From Octopus sinensis (taxonomy: Eukaryota): DNA of 64,000 bases. Below, in pieces: positions 51,269-63,663 of the stretch (position 1 is its first letter; every line of letters starts with the position of its first letter). The notes beneath the pieces are model-generated. The model worked only from the letters and a program-made list of their open reading frames with translations. It had not been told where the DNA came from and searched no databases. The DNA lies in assembly GCF_006345805.1 (NCBI RefSeq), contig NC_042999.1, positions 102,362,001 to 102,426,000 of the forward strand, in the 5' to 3' direction. The position numbers were made by a program, and so were the translations under genes.

Positions 51269-52062
51269 CACATGTATTAGATTTTTCATGGATCAATAAA
51301 ACAATAAAAGAAATATCGGATTTATTTAGTTATTATAGTCACCATTCTTATCTTTGACTTCTTTTCATTTATAAATGACACGTTCATAAAATTCCTTAGG
51401 TTTAGAAGTGAAAAAGGAAATTAGTTCATTTTCGACTTCTGTTCTTGGAGTAAGTCTTAATCCACTCAAACGATTTTGTAAACTTCTAAAGAGATGTTAA
51501 TCTGTTGGTGCGACATCCGGAGATTATGGTGGGTTGCATAACTTACCAGGCATATTTTTCTAGGAGATCTTTGGTCTTTTGCACAATGCGAAATCTAGCG
51601 TTATTATAATTAAAGATGGTGACTCCTTTTCTGTTTGTTTGTTAATGATAGACGTTTTTGCTGCAAAGCAGCTTCCAAAAATGTTAGCTTTTGGTAGTAT
51701 ACATCGGCTGTTAGTGTTTAATTATCGTGTAGCAGCTCGTGATGAATTATTCAACGCATATCGCATCATGCACTCAGAAGAATACACGTGCGTGTGCGTA
51801 CGCGCGCACACGCGTGTTTGTGTACAAAGGCGGCTACTGTCACTAATGGCTAATTTATACATCGACCTACAGCTTTTCACGACATCACTGACTGTTTAGT
51901 CGCGTAATCGACAAGACCCAAACCTTGTCAAAAAACAAAACACAAAAAACAAACAAACAAACAAACAAAAAAAAACTTCAGGCCTTGTGCCTATTGTAGA
52001 AAGACATATTATAAAGATATAACGATGTTTTCTCTTCGATGGGGTAACATTGTTTTATCCTA

Positions 52063-52497
52063 AGGCTGCGAGCTGGCAGAAACGTTAGCACGCCGGGCGA
52101 AATGCGTAGCCGTATTTCGTCTGCCGGTACGTTCTGAGTTCAAATTCCGCCGAGGTCGACTTTGCCTTTCATCCTTTCGGAGTCGATAAATTAAATACCA
52201 GTTACGCACTGGGGTCGATGTAATCGACTTAATCCCTTTGTCTGTTCTTGTTTGTCCCTCTCTATGTTTAGCGCCTTGTGGGCAATAAAGAAATAAGAAA
52301 CGTTAGCATACCGGGCGAACTGCTAAGCGGTATTTCGCCTGTCTTTACGTTTTGAGTTCAAATTCCACTGAAGTCGACTTTGCCTTTCATTCTTTTGGGG
52401 TCGATAAATTAAGTACCAGTTGCGTACTGGGGGTCGATCTAATCGACTGGCTCCCTCCTCCCAAAATTTCCCACCTTGTACCTAGAGTAGAAAAGAA
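52063..52497 (+). mobile_element. SINE family A double nest
   Basis: Long-tail copy, then a short-tail copy; agaaacgttagca is duplicated at the junction. Confidence 0.92.
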
Positions 52498-52654
52498 CAT
52501 AGTCATTTAAACTTACCATCCGAGGAACGCTCCGTTAAAAATACAAAGATATTAGTCGCAGAAAAAAAAAATTCTACCAGCAATTTTCATTGGTTCACGT
52601 TAAGATGTAGTCAATGTTCGTTGAAATGTATTGGTGTTGATTCTGCTATTTGTC

Positions 52655-53035
52655 TTATCTTTTACTTGTTTCAGTCATTGGACTGCGCCCATGCAGGGAC
52701 ACCGCCTTGAAGGGCTTGGTGGTTTAAATCGATGTTAGTACTTATTTTTAAAGTCTGGTACTTGTTCTATTGTTTTTTTTCTGTTTTGCCAAACCGCTAA
52801 GTTACGGGGACGTAAAGAAACCAACACCAATTGTCAAGTAGTGGCGGACGAACAGAAACACAAACACAAAGGCGCGCGCACACACACGACAGTTTTCCAT
52901 GCAGTTTCTGTCTAACAAATCCACTCACAAGTTATTGGTCAGCCGGTGGCTATATTAAAAGATGTTTGTTCAAAGTGCAGCGCTGTGGAAATGAACCCAA
53001 AATCACTTGGTTTGAAAACAGCCATGTCTGCACCT
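52655..53035 (-). mobile_element. SINE family B, diverged
   Basis: ttttacttgtttcagtcatt..caccgccttg...accgctaagttacggggacgtaaa. Confidence 0.82.
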
Positions 53036-54487
53036 ATTACGTCTTCTATTCTGAATAATATTTGCTTTTCTTTGTGTTTTGTTGATGAGTTTTTCTTCAA
53101 TTTATTCATTTATCTATTTATTTATTTCAGCAACAAGAATCCTTTAACTGTTTCCAGAAATTAACCTTGTTTCTTGTGCCTACATTTTCATTTTGCAGGT
53201 TTTCAGTCTTGCTCCTATTCCAGACTTATTCCATTCCCTTTTATTTTGATTTATCTTCTTTCATTATTCTTATTCTTTCTACATCGCGCCCTGGTACTAG
53301 TTATTTCTCACGTTTCTTCTTATCCTTTTGCAGCACGTCTTTGCAGTTCATGTTGAGCATTGGTTTGTTGTGATAACCTTCGTTTTCTTCCTCAGCATAA
53401 GGCCAAACAGTTTCTCTGTGAAAACTTCTTCGTCTATTTGACTAGCAATTTCTTGTATATTTTGGAATGACCGAATTACGTCTCATACGCTTCTTGCTGT
53501 TTTTCTTTCTTATGCCAATCTCTACATTCTTTCATCTAATTCTTCCATTGTGTTAATTTTAAATGACATTAAAAATGAATTTAAAAAGAATAGATAAATT
53601 CCTTTGCATCTAATGGTAAAAATTGGCTATATGGTAAATGACTTGGATTGCGAATGAAACAATAAAATTCCAATATCTTAATTAAATGAAAGATTGATAA
53701 ATTGGTAGCTTAGATTTAGAGATTTTCCGATTGATACGAAAGTTATCCCAATAATATTGTTACAGTGATAAAGCCATCAAACAAAAACCAGCAATGTTGT
53801 TAGAAAGATTAGAGTGAATGAGAAAGTTAGAAACTCTGTGTGAGTGTGTGTGAGTGAGTGAGAGAATGTGTGTGTGTGCTGGTTTGAGATGCGGCATTGA
53901 AAATGGATCACAAAAGCAACATTATTAAGCAGAAGAGATTCCACATTTGGCGTTCGCCCGCAACAATGTGCCTGCCTACCTGTCTGCCTGCCTGGCTATC
54001 TGTTTATCTATTGATTTATGTACCTACTTGCATGCGTACATGTCTGTCTGTCTGTCTATCTATCTACATACATAAATGTGTGTATGACCCTAGTCAAATG
54101 ATAAAGAAGTACACTATTTCTATACAGTACTCATTACAATTTAACCACCGACCATATAGTAATTATTTTTATTATTTTAACGTGTACCTTTGCCCACCCG
54201 CTCAAAGAATTCCATTTTGGCGATGATTTTGTTGATATGTATTTATCTGTTAACACACATTTAGAAGTGCCAAACCATCTTCCCAATACAGAATGTTACT
54301 TGGTTTCTGGTATTAGTCCTTTAACATTTAAACTAACCATATCTGGCTCTACCCGTTTTATGTTCAAAGCGACCAGATCTGGCCTTTCACAGTAACCTAT
54401 AATGTCATTCTAAAAATAAACAATCACATCGTCATGATCCAAAAGCTAGCAAAAGTGCACAATTATTTCAAAATAATATGAATATTA

Positions 54488-54991
54488 GAAAATCCCTGTA
54501 GGAGATGATAGCAGTGACTATACTGAGAAATAATGTCAACCGCCACTTAAATATGGCGATTCCATGGAAACCGAGGATAGTGCTATTTTTAATCCCAGCA
54601 GGATGCTCCTCCAGCTGGTTATTCGACACAATCTGCACCCGATATATATTACTAGCAAGAGAGTTTCCTCCCTATCATCTTCTAGCCACGAGACCTCCAG
54701 ACCGCACGTTTCGACCTCTTTGTGGTCATGCTAGGTGGTGGATACTCGTCCGCTAGAGATAGCAGTAGTTCACTCCACCACTGAGGATGGCGACAAAGAA
54801 GTCGAAACCGTAGAGTCTGGTAGTCTCGTGACTTGATGATGGCATGGGTTCACTCCCCTGCTTGCAATATATATCGGGTGCAGATTGCATCGAATAACCA
54901 GCTGGAAGAGGCGTCCTCCTGGGGTTAAAAATAGTATTAACATCGGTTCCTACGGAACAGCTATGTTTAGGTGGTGTTGAACATTACTTCT
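54488..54991 (+). mobile_element. 504-bp fold-back insert with a type I hammerhead ribozyme (retrozyme/viroid-like candidate)
   Basis: Exact 14-bp TSD taatatgaatatta at 54474-54487 and 54992-55005. Arms 54525-54742 and 54774-54991 are ~77% reverse-complementary. Confidence 0.75.
54775..54823 (+). ncRNA. Type I hammerhead ribozyme motif
   Basis: ccacca-CTGAGGA-t-ggc(gacaaagaa)gtc-GAAAC-cgtaga-GTC-tggtag. Stem I pairs 5/6. Predicted cleavage after C54817. Confidence 0.65.
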
Positions 54992-56094
54992 TAATATGAA
55001 TATTACATTTGATAAAGTAATACTTGGTCTTTTTTCCCATCTGTTACTACACTTTTCATATGATCTTACGGAGTGGGTAAAAAAAAATCGTTGTCACTGC
55101 AGCATGACAGCCAGTTAATAGGAGAAGTCATCTAAGCAGTACAGAGGAATTTGGATGTATATGTATGATAATTTATATGCTCAGAATATATCAAGATAGA
55201 TATATTTTTTGGAATATAAATAGGTCATAAGAAGTAAAAAGTGACAAAAGTAGAACATTGATTTAGCAATTCTTGCGTTTAGGACATTATTTACGCTTTT
55301 GTCATTTTGCATTAAGTATTAATTTGTTTTGTACCCAACGGAAATTAAAAAAAATTATTTCTGTATCGTGCCTGCAGTGAACTTTGCGATACGCTTGAAA
55401 TACTTCTTGATGTTTTTAATTTGTGTTATTGGTATAAACGCATGAACTCATATATGTGTACACACACGCGCGCACACACACATACACACACACAAACACA
55501 TGTATATGTGTATGCATATATATATATATAGAATAAAAGAATGTGTGTGTATGCGTATGTTATATATATATTTATATTATTATTATTATTATTATTATTA
55601 GAGAGTATTGTAGTTCGCTTGAAGCATTTTGTGGTGTTTGTAAAGAATAAAAAGTTTTGAATGGTTCAACAATGCACTATAATATAGACAATGGGCTATA
55701 TACCTGTTGTAATTTAGTCATCCATAGTCTGATATGATATTTCGGAATAATATTCCTTCTTCAGATATTCTTAGATGGAGTCACTGCTATAATCGGTTTT
55801 CTAACGTCTTTTCTTTTTTGTTTTGTGGAAGAGTCTCAGCAGTGATCTCATGATGCTCCTTTCAGAATTCCTCATGAGAAGTGTATGAGGTCAGCCATGT
55901 CTCAATATCGTGTGTGCTGGTACATCCGTAGCGCTGCTTCTAAGTTACATATTAAACATGCAGCTTCCTTTTTCCCCTTCTTTTTATTTTTACTCTTTTC
56001 TTTTTTTTTTGTTATAAACTACTGATGAGCATATTATCAAAAATTAACCTATACGCATCCAAATGTATCTAAATAATGTATCGATTACCAACCT

Positions 56095-56508
56095 CCAGCC
56101 TGTTGTTAATTTGGGGCCCTAGTCTGTATGAGTATAGCTTCCTAAATTCTTAAATTACCCAAATTTCTTTCATTGGCCTCAATTATGATTGTTATGCTTT
56201 TGTCGGTGTTCTGGTATATGTCTAGATGTTTTCCGAAGGAGGAAGCTCTCGTGTTCAGATGTTCTTTGATGCGGACATGTAACGGTCTTGTTGTGCTAAC
56301 CACATAGAACTTGTTGCATTTGTTAATATTGTATTCTATACACAACATTTACCCGATGACATAAATCTGTGTCACGGATTGGACAGTTTGTTAGTGTACA
56401 TTGATTGTTGTCCCTTGTTCGTTTCTTAGTGAGGTGTCCTCTCAGAGAGGGGTCGGAGTGGGCTAGTTGTATGTCTAGCCCTTCTCTTTTTATGGCTCTT
56501 CGAATGGA
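56095..56508 (-). mobile_element. Penelope-like element, GIY-YIG endonuclease fragment
   Basis: CTLTNCPI..LC..NVVYRI..KCNKFYVVSTTRPLHVRIKEHL...LRI*EAILI matches the PLE motif VVYxIxCxxCxxxYIGxTxRxLxxRxxEH..LEA. Confidence 0.85.
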
Positions 56509-56520
56509 TATATATATATA

Positions 56521-58433
56521 TGATTGATTGATTGATTGATTGATTCTAGTTTCAGCTTATGAGCTGTGGCCATGCTGGGGCACCGCCATTTGGTGTTGCT
56601 ACTTGGTTTCACTTCACGAAAGCTTTCTAGCAACTGCCATTTGGTGCATGAGAGAGTTCGATGCAGCTGCCCTCATCTGCCCCTCCTGCCGTGAAGTTGG
56701 TTCATCTGGGACACCTGACAGGAAGAGATCCAGCTTCATTTTAAAGACATCTGCATCCACCCCATGCAGGTCTCTCAGGTTCTTCGGGAGGATATTAAAG
56801 ACCTGTGGGCCTCGGAAGCCCAGGCTATCACAGAATCTTGTCCTACATCTTGATGGCAAGTTTGGAGTCCTAGGCACCACGCAGTGGCGCCCAGTTCTGG
56901 CATTTGCGTAACTCTCGATGCCAAAGTTCAGGACACTTCCCTCCAGGATCTTCCAGATGTATATTATGGCATATCTTTCCCGCCTACGCTCCCTTTTAAA
57001 ATATAGTTTTAATCTCTTGAGTCTTTCCCAGTAGCTTACATTCTGCATAGAGGCTATCTTCTTCGTGTAGCTACGTTGGATCGCCTCGAGCTCTGTGATC
57101 AACTTGACACTGGATGGTGACCATAACTGAGAGCAGTAGTCAAAGTGGCTTAGGACAAGTGTCCTCCAGAGGACCATCATGGTTTCTTGTTCTCTTGTTC
57201 TAAAGGTTCTGAGGATCCATCCGGCCAGTCGTCTACATTTCATTGCCAATTTAGCAACATGTACACGAAAGGTCGCGTCATCACTCATGTAAATACCTAG
57301 GTCACGCACTGATTGTGCCTCTGGGATTGCTATTCCTCCGGGTCCAGTGTATTCATTGGGTATTGCATTAGTTTTGCATGCTGATAGTATAGAGCTTGAA
57401 ACTTTTCAGCATTGAACTGCATGCTATTCTTTTCGGCCCACTTGTATATTTTGTCTAGCTCACATTGCAGGTGTTTAGTGTCCTCAGGGTTCTGTATTGC
57501 CTGTGAAACTTTTGTATCATCTGCATAACTTGTGATCGTGGCTCTCTGCGTGGCTGAGGGCATGTCTGAGAGGGCCATTATGAACAGTAGTGGTCCAGAA
57601 CAGTGCCCTGCGGAACACCGCTCACTATTTGCGTGTTAATGGAAGTGCCCCATTGGCCACTACCACCTACTTCTATATTTCAGAAAGTCATGAAGCCATT
57701 CTCCCAGTTTTCCAACTATGTTGAGATCACGCAGTTTGTGACATATCATTCCATGATCGACTTTATCAAAGGCCTTTGCAAAGTCGAGATATATCACTTC
57801 CACATTTGAGTGGTTGAGCATCCGTTTCAGCACCCAGTCATAGTGTTGTAGGAGCTGAGTTAAACAGCTTCTCCCTGGTCGGAAACCATGTTGGGTGTCG
57901 GGCAGCAAGTCATTCTCTTCAGGAAGGTGATCAGCTTCCTTCTGACTATTCGTTCCATGACCTTGCTGATATGTGAGGTCAGAGAGATAGGTCTATAGTT
58001 CTTGGCTTCCGCTCTGCTACCTCCTTTATGAATGGGGCATATTTTACCTTCCTTCAGTTTTCTTGGGAGTTTGCCAGCTGCAAGGAAGCTCTGAAAGAGG
58101 AACTGCAGTGGTCTTGCTAGGACTCTCTTACATGCTTTTAGGAGGATTGCCGGGAATCCATCGGGGCCAGTAGCTGAGTCTGTTTTCATTTCATCTATAG
58201 CCTTGATTACATCGTCTTCCTTTATATCGATGTAATCTATCGTCGCCGCCTCTGATTTTATATCTGCAGTGGTAAAAAAGTCAGTTGGATTGGTGATTTG
58301 GAGATACCCAAGGGGTGGAGTGAAAACACTCTTGAATTGCTCATTCAGTATTTCACTTACCCTCATTGGTTTTCCTGTAAGTGTGCCATCCTTTTCGAGG
58401 AGTGGCCCTATTCTACAGTGCACCGTAGAAAAC
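56521..58433 (-). mobile_element. CR1-group LINE, 1.9-kb 5'-truncated copy with a complete but frameshifted RT domain
   Basis: GPDG, NYRPISLTS, QHGF, YLDFAKAFDKV, SGVPQG, YADD, RDLG motifs; about 4 frameshifts; (AATC)n tail. Confidence 0.95.
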
Positions 58434-58687
58434 TATGTGTATGCCTATATGTATATATACATACATATATACATATGCATGTATACACATACACACGTAT
58501 TTAGTCTTTATATATACATATAATCTTCATCTAATTCTATCTTTCTGTCTACCCACATACCTACAATTTTACCTACTTTGGCTGCCAAACAAAAGGGATG
58601 AGCATGAATGGTTGGCTGTTGAAGGAGCTACACGCTTTAAAACCCATTTACTCCTTGTCAATCGAAAATATTGTAATGTATAGACAT

Positions 58688-58885
58688 GGGGAGCTGGCAG
58701 AATCGTTAGCGCGCTGGAAAAAGTGCTTAGTGGCATTTCTTCTGAATCCTTATATTCTGAGTTCAAATTCAGACGAGGTCGACTTTACCTTTCGTCATTT
58801 CAGAGTCGATAAAAAAGTACCAGTTGAGCACCGGGATCGATATAATTGACTAAAACCCTCCCCACCATCTGCCAAAATTTAAAAC
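58688..58885 (+). mobile_element. SINE family A, diverged
   Basis: gagctggcagaatcgttagc...ttctgagttcaaattc..gaggtcgacttt. Confidence 0.82.
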
Positions 58886-59088
58886 CATCACTGTACATAA
58901 TATTTTGACCTTATATCAGATCAAGTTTTTTTTTATTGCTTTTAACACATTTTCAGAGCTGAAACTGATTTTACAGAAATATTGCACAATGCAATTATGC
59001 AAGTCATATTGAGAAATATAGTGCACATCATTGTTAACTGATCTACTTAATTTATCATATACTGGAAGTTTAATATCGATCTTTTATA

Positions 59089-59163
<75 letters not shown>

Positions 59164-59369
59164 TGAACTAATAGAAACATCTAGTGAGAAAAACTAAGAT
59201 AGATATACTGAAGAGAAAAAGCGAGAAGGGATAGGGGAAAGAAAGGGGTACTAATAAGTAGGAACGGCATCTCACTATTCTAACTAGATTTTAAAATATG
59301 ATATGATCTAATAAATTATCAACAATCTTTATTACCTACACACTCACACACGCGCGAGTTTGTATCTAT

Positions 59370-59707
59370 TTACTCTTTTACTTGACTCAGTCACTAGCCT
59401 GAAGCCAAGCTGGAGCACCGTCTTGACGGGTATCGTCGAACAAATCAACCCCAGTACTTATTTTTTTTTTTAAAGTCTGGTACTTATTCTATCAGGATAT
59501 TTTGTCCAACCGCTAAGTTACGGGAGCGTAAACAAACCAACATATTGTCAAACGATGGTGTGTGAGGGGCAAATGCAAATACGCACACATATTCACAACG
59601 GGCTTTCGCCGCATTGGTTGGCAGGGACTATAGTAAATGACACCGTACAGTAGGACTGAACCTGAAACCACGTGGTTGCAAAGCGAATTTCTTAACAACA
59701 CAGCCAA
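59370..59707 (-). mobile_element. SINE family B, diverged
   Basis: tactcttttacttg..gctggagcaccg...accgctaagttacggg...gactgaacc. Confidence 0.8.
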
Positions 59708-59837
59708 GCTTGCGACTGTTTGAGCATGTATATTTTAAAAGCAAAAAGCAAAATGATGATAAGGGGAAACAAATTCGTTACTTTTCACTCAAAATACTTT
59801 TAAAATGTGAAATATTATGCATTATAGTTGAAATTTA

Positions 59838-60260
59838 GGCGATCTTTCGTCTCTAGTAGACCTTTCCGTCGATTTCCGTAAAAAATTTTTTTTTTTTACA
59901 TATGGGCTTGCGGGAACTTTTGAAGTAATGAGAGCGAAAGAGACTAAGAGAAACCGATTTTATGACGAGGGAAGTTCTTTTGAAGTTACCGTCCAGGGGA
60001 AGCATTGATGTACATGTGTGTGTGTGTGTGTGTTTGATGGGGTGTGGGAGACAGACAGTATGTTGTGTAAGTGAAGTGCTTCTGTTAGTGTGTGTGAAGA
60101 GACAGAGTAATGTGTAAAAGAAAGAGATAACTGAAATTTTTTACTCGGTGTATGTGTATATGTATGTATATTACTTCAAAAGTTCCCGCAAGCCCATATG
60201 TAAAAAAAAAAATTTTTAACGGAAATCGACGGAAAGGTCTACTAGAGAGGAAAGATCGCC
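59838..60260. mobile_element. Merlin-type MITE (423 bp)
   Basis: ~92-bp near-perfect TIRs beginning GGCGA (fits GGNRM); 8-bp TSD gaaattta at 59830-59837 and 60261-60268. Confidence 0.88.
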
Positions 60261-61279
60261 GAAATTTATATTAATTTGAAAGTAAGATTTATTTAGATCC
60301 TATTCCAATAAGACGACTATTATTGTCACAATCTGTGCACATTATATAACACACACACACACACACTCTCAAAAGACTATTTATAGCAAAAACATAAGCA
60401 TTGTGAATAGATCGATGCATCTATCATGCAAGAACGATAATCCATTTTTTACCTATGATTTTTGAGATGTCTTAAGTTTGTTTTATTTAATACCAATTTA
60501 TTCTTAATTATTAAATTCTGAAGCAATTTTTTATTTTGCATGTTATATTTAATCGGCTCTTTTGATACAATGAAATGGTATCCAGGAAAAATGTCATAGG
60601 GAAAAAATTCACAATTTTGGCTAGATAAAAAAAGTCGCTGGAAAAAAAATGCCCCTTTTAAACACTATAAATAAAGCAATAGACAAAGCAATAAATCACA
60701 TTTAAATACTATAAATAAAGTAATAAAACAGAAATATTTCATGATTGTTATTAACTGCCTTGTACACGATTTATATATGATGTCATTGCGCATATGTGAA
60801 AAACAAAACAAAACAAAAAGGCTTTTATTCAATCTCTTAAGCAAAGTAAGACAATGAAACAAAAATTTTAAGTCAGTCATTTATTGACAACATAGGACGT
60901 TGAGAGAATGAAAATACTTTACATAGAATCGTAGCATCACATGTATATTCAGTTATTTTTATTTCAGCCGAAGCCACGAAGAAATTCTACTAGAATCTTG
61001 TGGTTCTCCAGTGACATTTTGTGTAACTTTTTTTCTAGTTTCAATGCAATATAGCAATTTACCTTGTTATCACCTCGCGCTATTTTGCTATGGCTAAATT
61101 TATCAATTTTTGTTTTTTTTACTTTACCAATATCAAATTATAATTTACAAAAAAAAAAAAAAACCTATACGGAAACTATTGACAATGAACCACAAGACAA
61201 TTTTCAGCGACATTCCTATTGTACATTTTCTATCGAATATGGTATATATGTTATCATAAAATGAGTGAATCGAGGCAAA

Positions 61280-61995
61280 ATCGTTGGAATGGTAGGCGTT
61301 TGTGATGCCATAGAAAAATTGTCTCTAAGAAATATCCCTCAGAAAGAATACATTCTTTAAGAACAGCAAATTAAAGCGGTAGAAATAATTGAAATATTGT
61401 ATACGATATATTATGCATAAGAATTTGCTGTATCTAAAAACTTCTAACGTGAATGTGGTTTTACATGAGGAACTATGATTCACTGGCGAAATTACATACG
61501 TGATAGAATGAAGGAGAATTTCATTGCTAAACCATTTAGACTTGGAGGCGTTAGTCATTATGTAAAAGTATATGAATCAGATTTTAATCGCCGAAAATAT
61601 AATGTTGGTCTCCACAATGGATATTTGCAAGAATTGATAACATTACAAAGGAATATTTCTTTATTCAGGTAGACCAAAGAGATGCAAATACATTACAGCT
61701 CATTATTCAAGATTTCATATTAACAGGAACATAGCAGTAAAAAAGAAAAAAAAAAGACAATAACCCCCCCCCCCCAGTCACATGCGGTGTGCTCATCATA
61801 ATAGGGTTCACTCAATGTGGTTCAATCACTTATGTGTGAATCATCTATTCGATTTCTAAATCCTGTTAATCAGGTCCGAAACTAATCATATTGCCAACAT
61901 TTGGAGCGAAGAAAAGTAAGAAAGGCGAGACACAAAAGAATACGGAACACTCTGAAGATTGTTAAACACATCTCTGATTGAATTTATATAGTATT
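61280..61995 (+). pseudogene. Merlin (IS1016/IS1595-like) DDE transposase pseudogene
   Basis: SLRKNTFFKNSKL; HWRNYIRD; LGGVSHYVKVYESDFNRRKYNVG; QWIFARID..FFIQVDQRDANTLQLIIQDFILTGT; HLCVNH..TNHIANIW. Catalytic residues are altered, with stops and frameshifts. Confidence 0.88.
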
Positions 61996-62343
61996 GCAAA
62001 TTTGGTCGTTGTCATATATATATATATATGTTTTACCAACAACATCACAGTTACAACTGTGATGTTGTTGGTAAAACATGTTCTTTGTCATCTCCTTATC
62101 CTCTTGGAGATTTTGGGTAAAATTATACTAATGTGTCCTTCAAATTTAATTAAATTCTATGTCTTTGTGCAGCTGAAGATTGCTCTACATTTTAAATTGA
62201 ATGGAGTCGCATGAAACGATCGTATTGCATTACCTCTGGATATCCTTGTTGCTTATTTTGATTTTAATCACTATATTTTGAAATTATATGGATAATACCA
62301 TACTAAATTCTGGTGCCTCAACTTAAGTACCATATTCATCTGA

Positions 62344-62590
<247 letters not shown>

Positions 62591-62894
62591 CTTTCTCTCT
62601 CTCCATATAAAAGTTTTTAGATATCTAAAATTATCTTAAGCAAATTATTGAAAATATTTTACTCAGATCTGATGGAAAATATAGATATTACGGAAAATCT
62701 TACGTGGATGTTTTCGGCCATCAGTGGCTTTATCAAACACGCGATATAAACAAGTTTTTTGTGTTGTTCCTGTCACTCATCTGGAGAGCTAATGATGGCT
62801 GAATGTACATACACTATAAATTTTGTTATATCATGCAATAGGTCTCTGTTAATCTAATTTTAAAAGGATTTCTTTAGATAATTTTAAATTTAAC

Positions 62895-63220
62895 TTTTAC
62901 TTGTTACGATCATTGGACTGCAGCCATGCTGGGGCACCACATTGAAGGGTTTTAGTCAAAGCAAATCTATCGCAGTATTTATCTTTTCAAAACTTGGTGC
63001 ATTATTCTATCGGTCACTGTCAAGCAGTGACGGAAACACACACACACACACATAATGGGCTTCTTTCAGTTTCTGTTTACCAAATCCACTCACAAGGGCT
63101 TTGATCCACTCACCAAGGGCTATAGTGGAAAAGACTCGGCCAAGTAGTCACGAAGTAAGACTGAATCCGCAGCTATGTGGTTTGGAAGCAAGCTTCTTAC
63201 CACATTGCTATGGCTGCACC
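62895..63220 (-). mobile_element. SINE family B, diverged
   Basis: gactgcagccatgctggggcacc...gggcttctttcagtttc..caaatccactcacaagg. Confidence 0.8.
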
Positions 63221-63454
63221 TACAAAAGATGTTTTTTTTTACACGTATTCAAATATACATTTTCTCTCACTTTATTTTTTTCGTTTTTTCTTTTTGCTGT
63301 GTTTGTAATTCTCATTTGACATATGCGGAAATAACGAAGAAGCGCCAACGTTTATTTAAAAACATTTGTAAATTACATATTTTCTGTTTAAATCCATTAA
63401 TTATTCCTATTTCACTACGAGAACTTTACATGTTTCTCTTCGCTTGAATTATAA

Positions 63455-63663
63455 TTCTTTCTTCTATAGGCACAAGGAAAAGTGCTAGTCACTTACATCA
63501 ATTACATCGAACCCAGTATCAATTGGTACTTATTTTATCAACCCTGAAAGGATGAAAGACAAAATCGGCATCAGTGAAATTTGAACTCAGAACGTAAAGA
63601 TAGACGAAATTGCACCTAAGCATTTTGCCCAGCGTGCTATCAATTTTGCCATCTCGCTGCCTT
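63455..63663 (-). mobile_element. SINE family A, short-tail, diverged
   Basis: ctataggcacaagg...gaaaggatgaaag..tttgaactcagaacgtaaagatagacgaaat. Confidence 0.82.

Noticed and set aside
53330-53540. Possible RTE RT remnant on the minus strand
   Set aside because: Only a short FGL..KKTKV-like match; insufficient.
54488-54991. Zetavirus-like endless ORF (length 504 is a multiple of 3), or a real 83-aa protein at 54505-54756
   Set aside because: All six frames contain stops, only one polarity has an intact hammerhead core, and the peptide has no recognisable features.
54525-54991. G-U bias as proof of strand-specific selection on the hairpin
   Set aside because: By-eye counts of G-U-compatible and A-C transitions are roughly balanced, so this gives no support.
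56030-56060. CTGATGA next to the Penelope fragment
   Set aside because: It is on the opposite strand to the PLE ORF and has no GAAA or stems.
60575-61040. Possible Mutator-like MITE (ggaaaaa.gtcac-type repeats and a partial inverse)
   Set aside because: Too degenerate; no TSD or clean second TIR.
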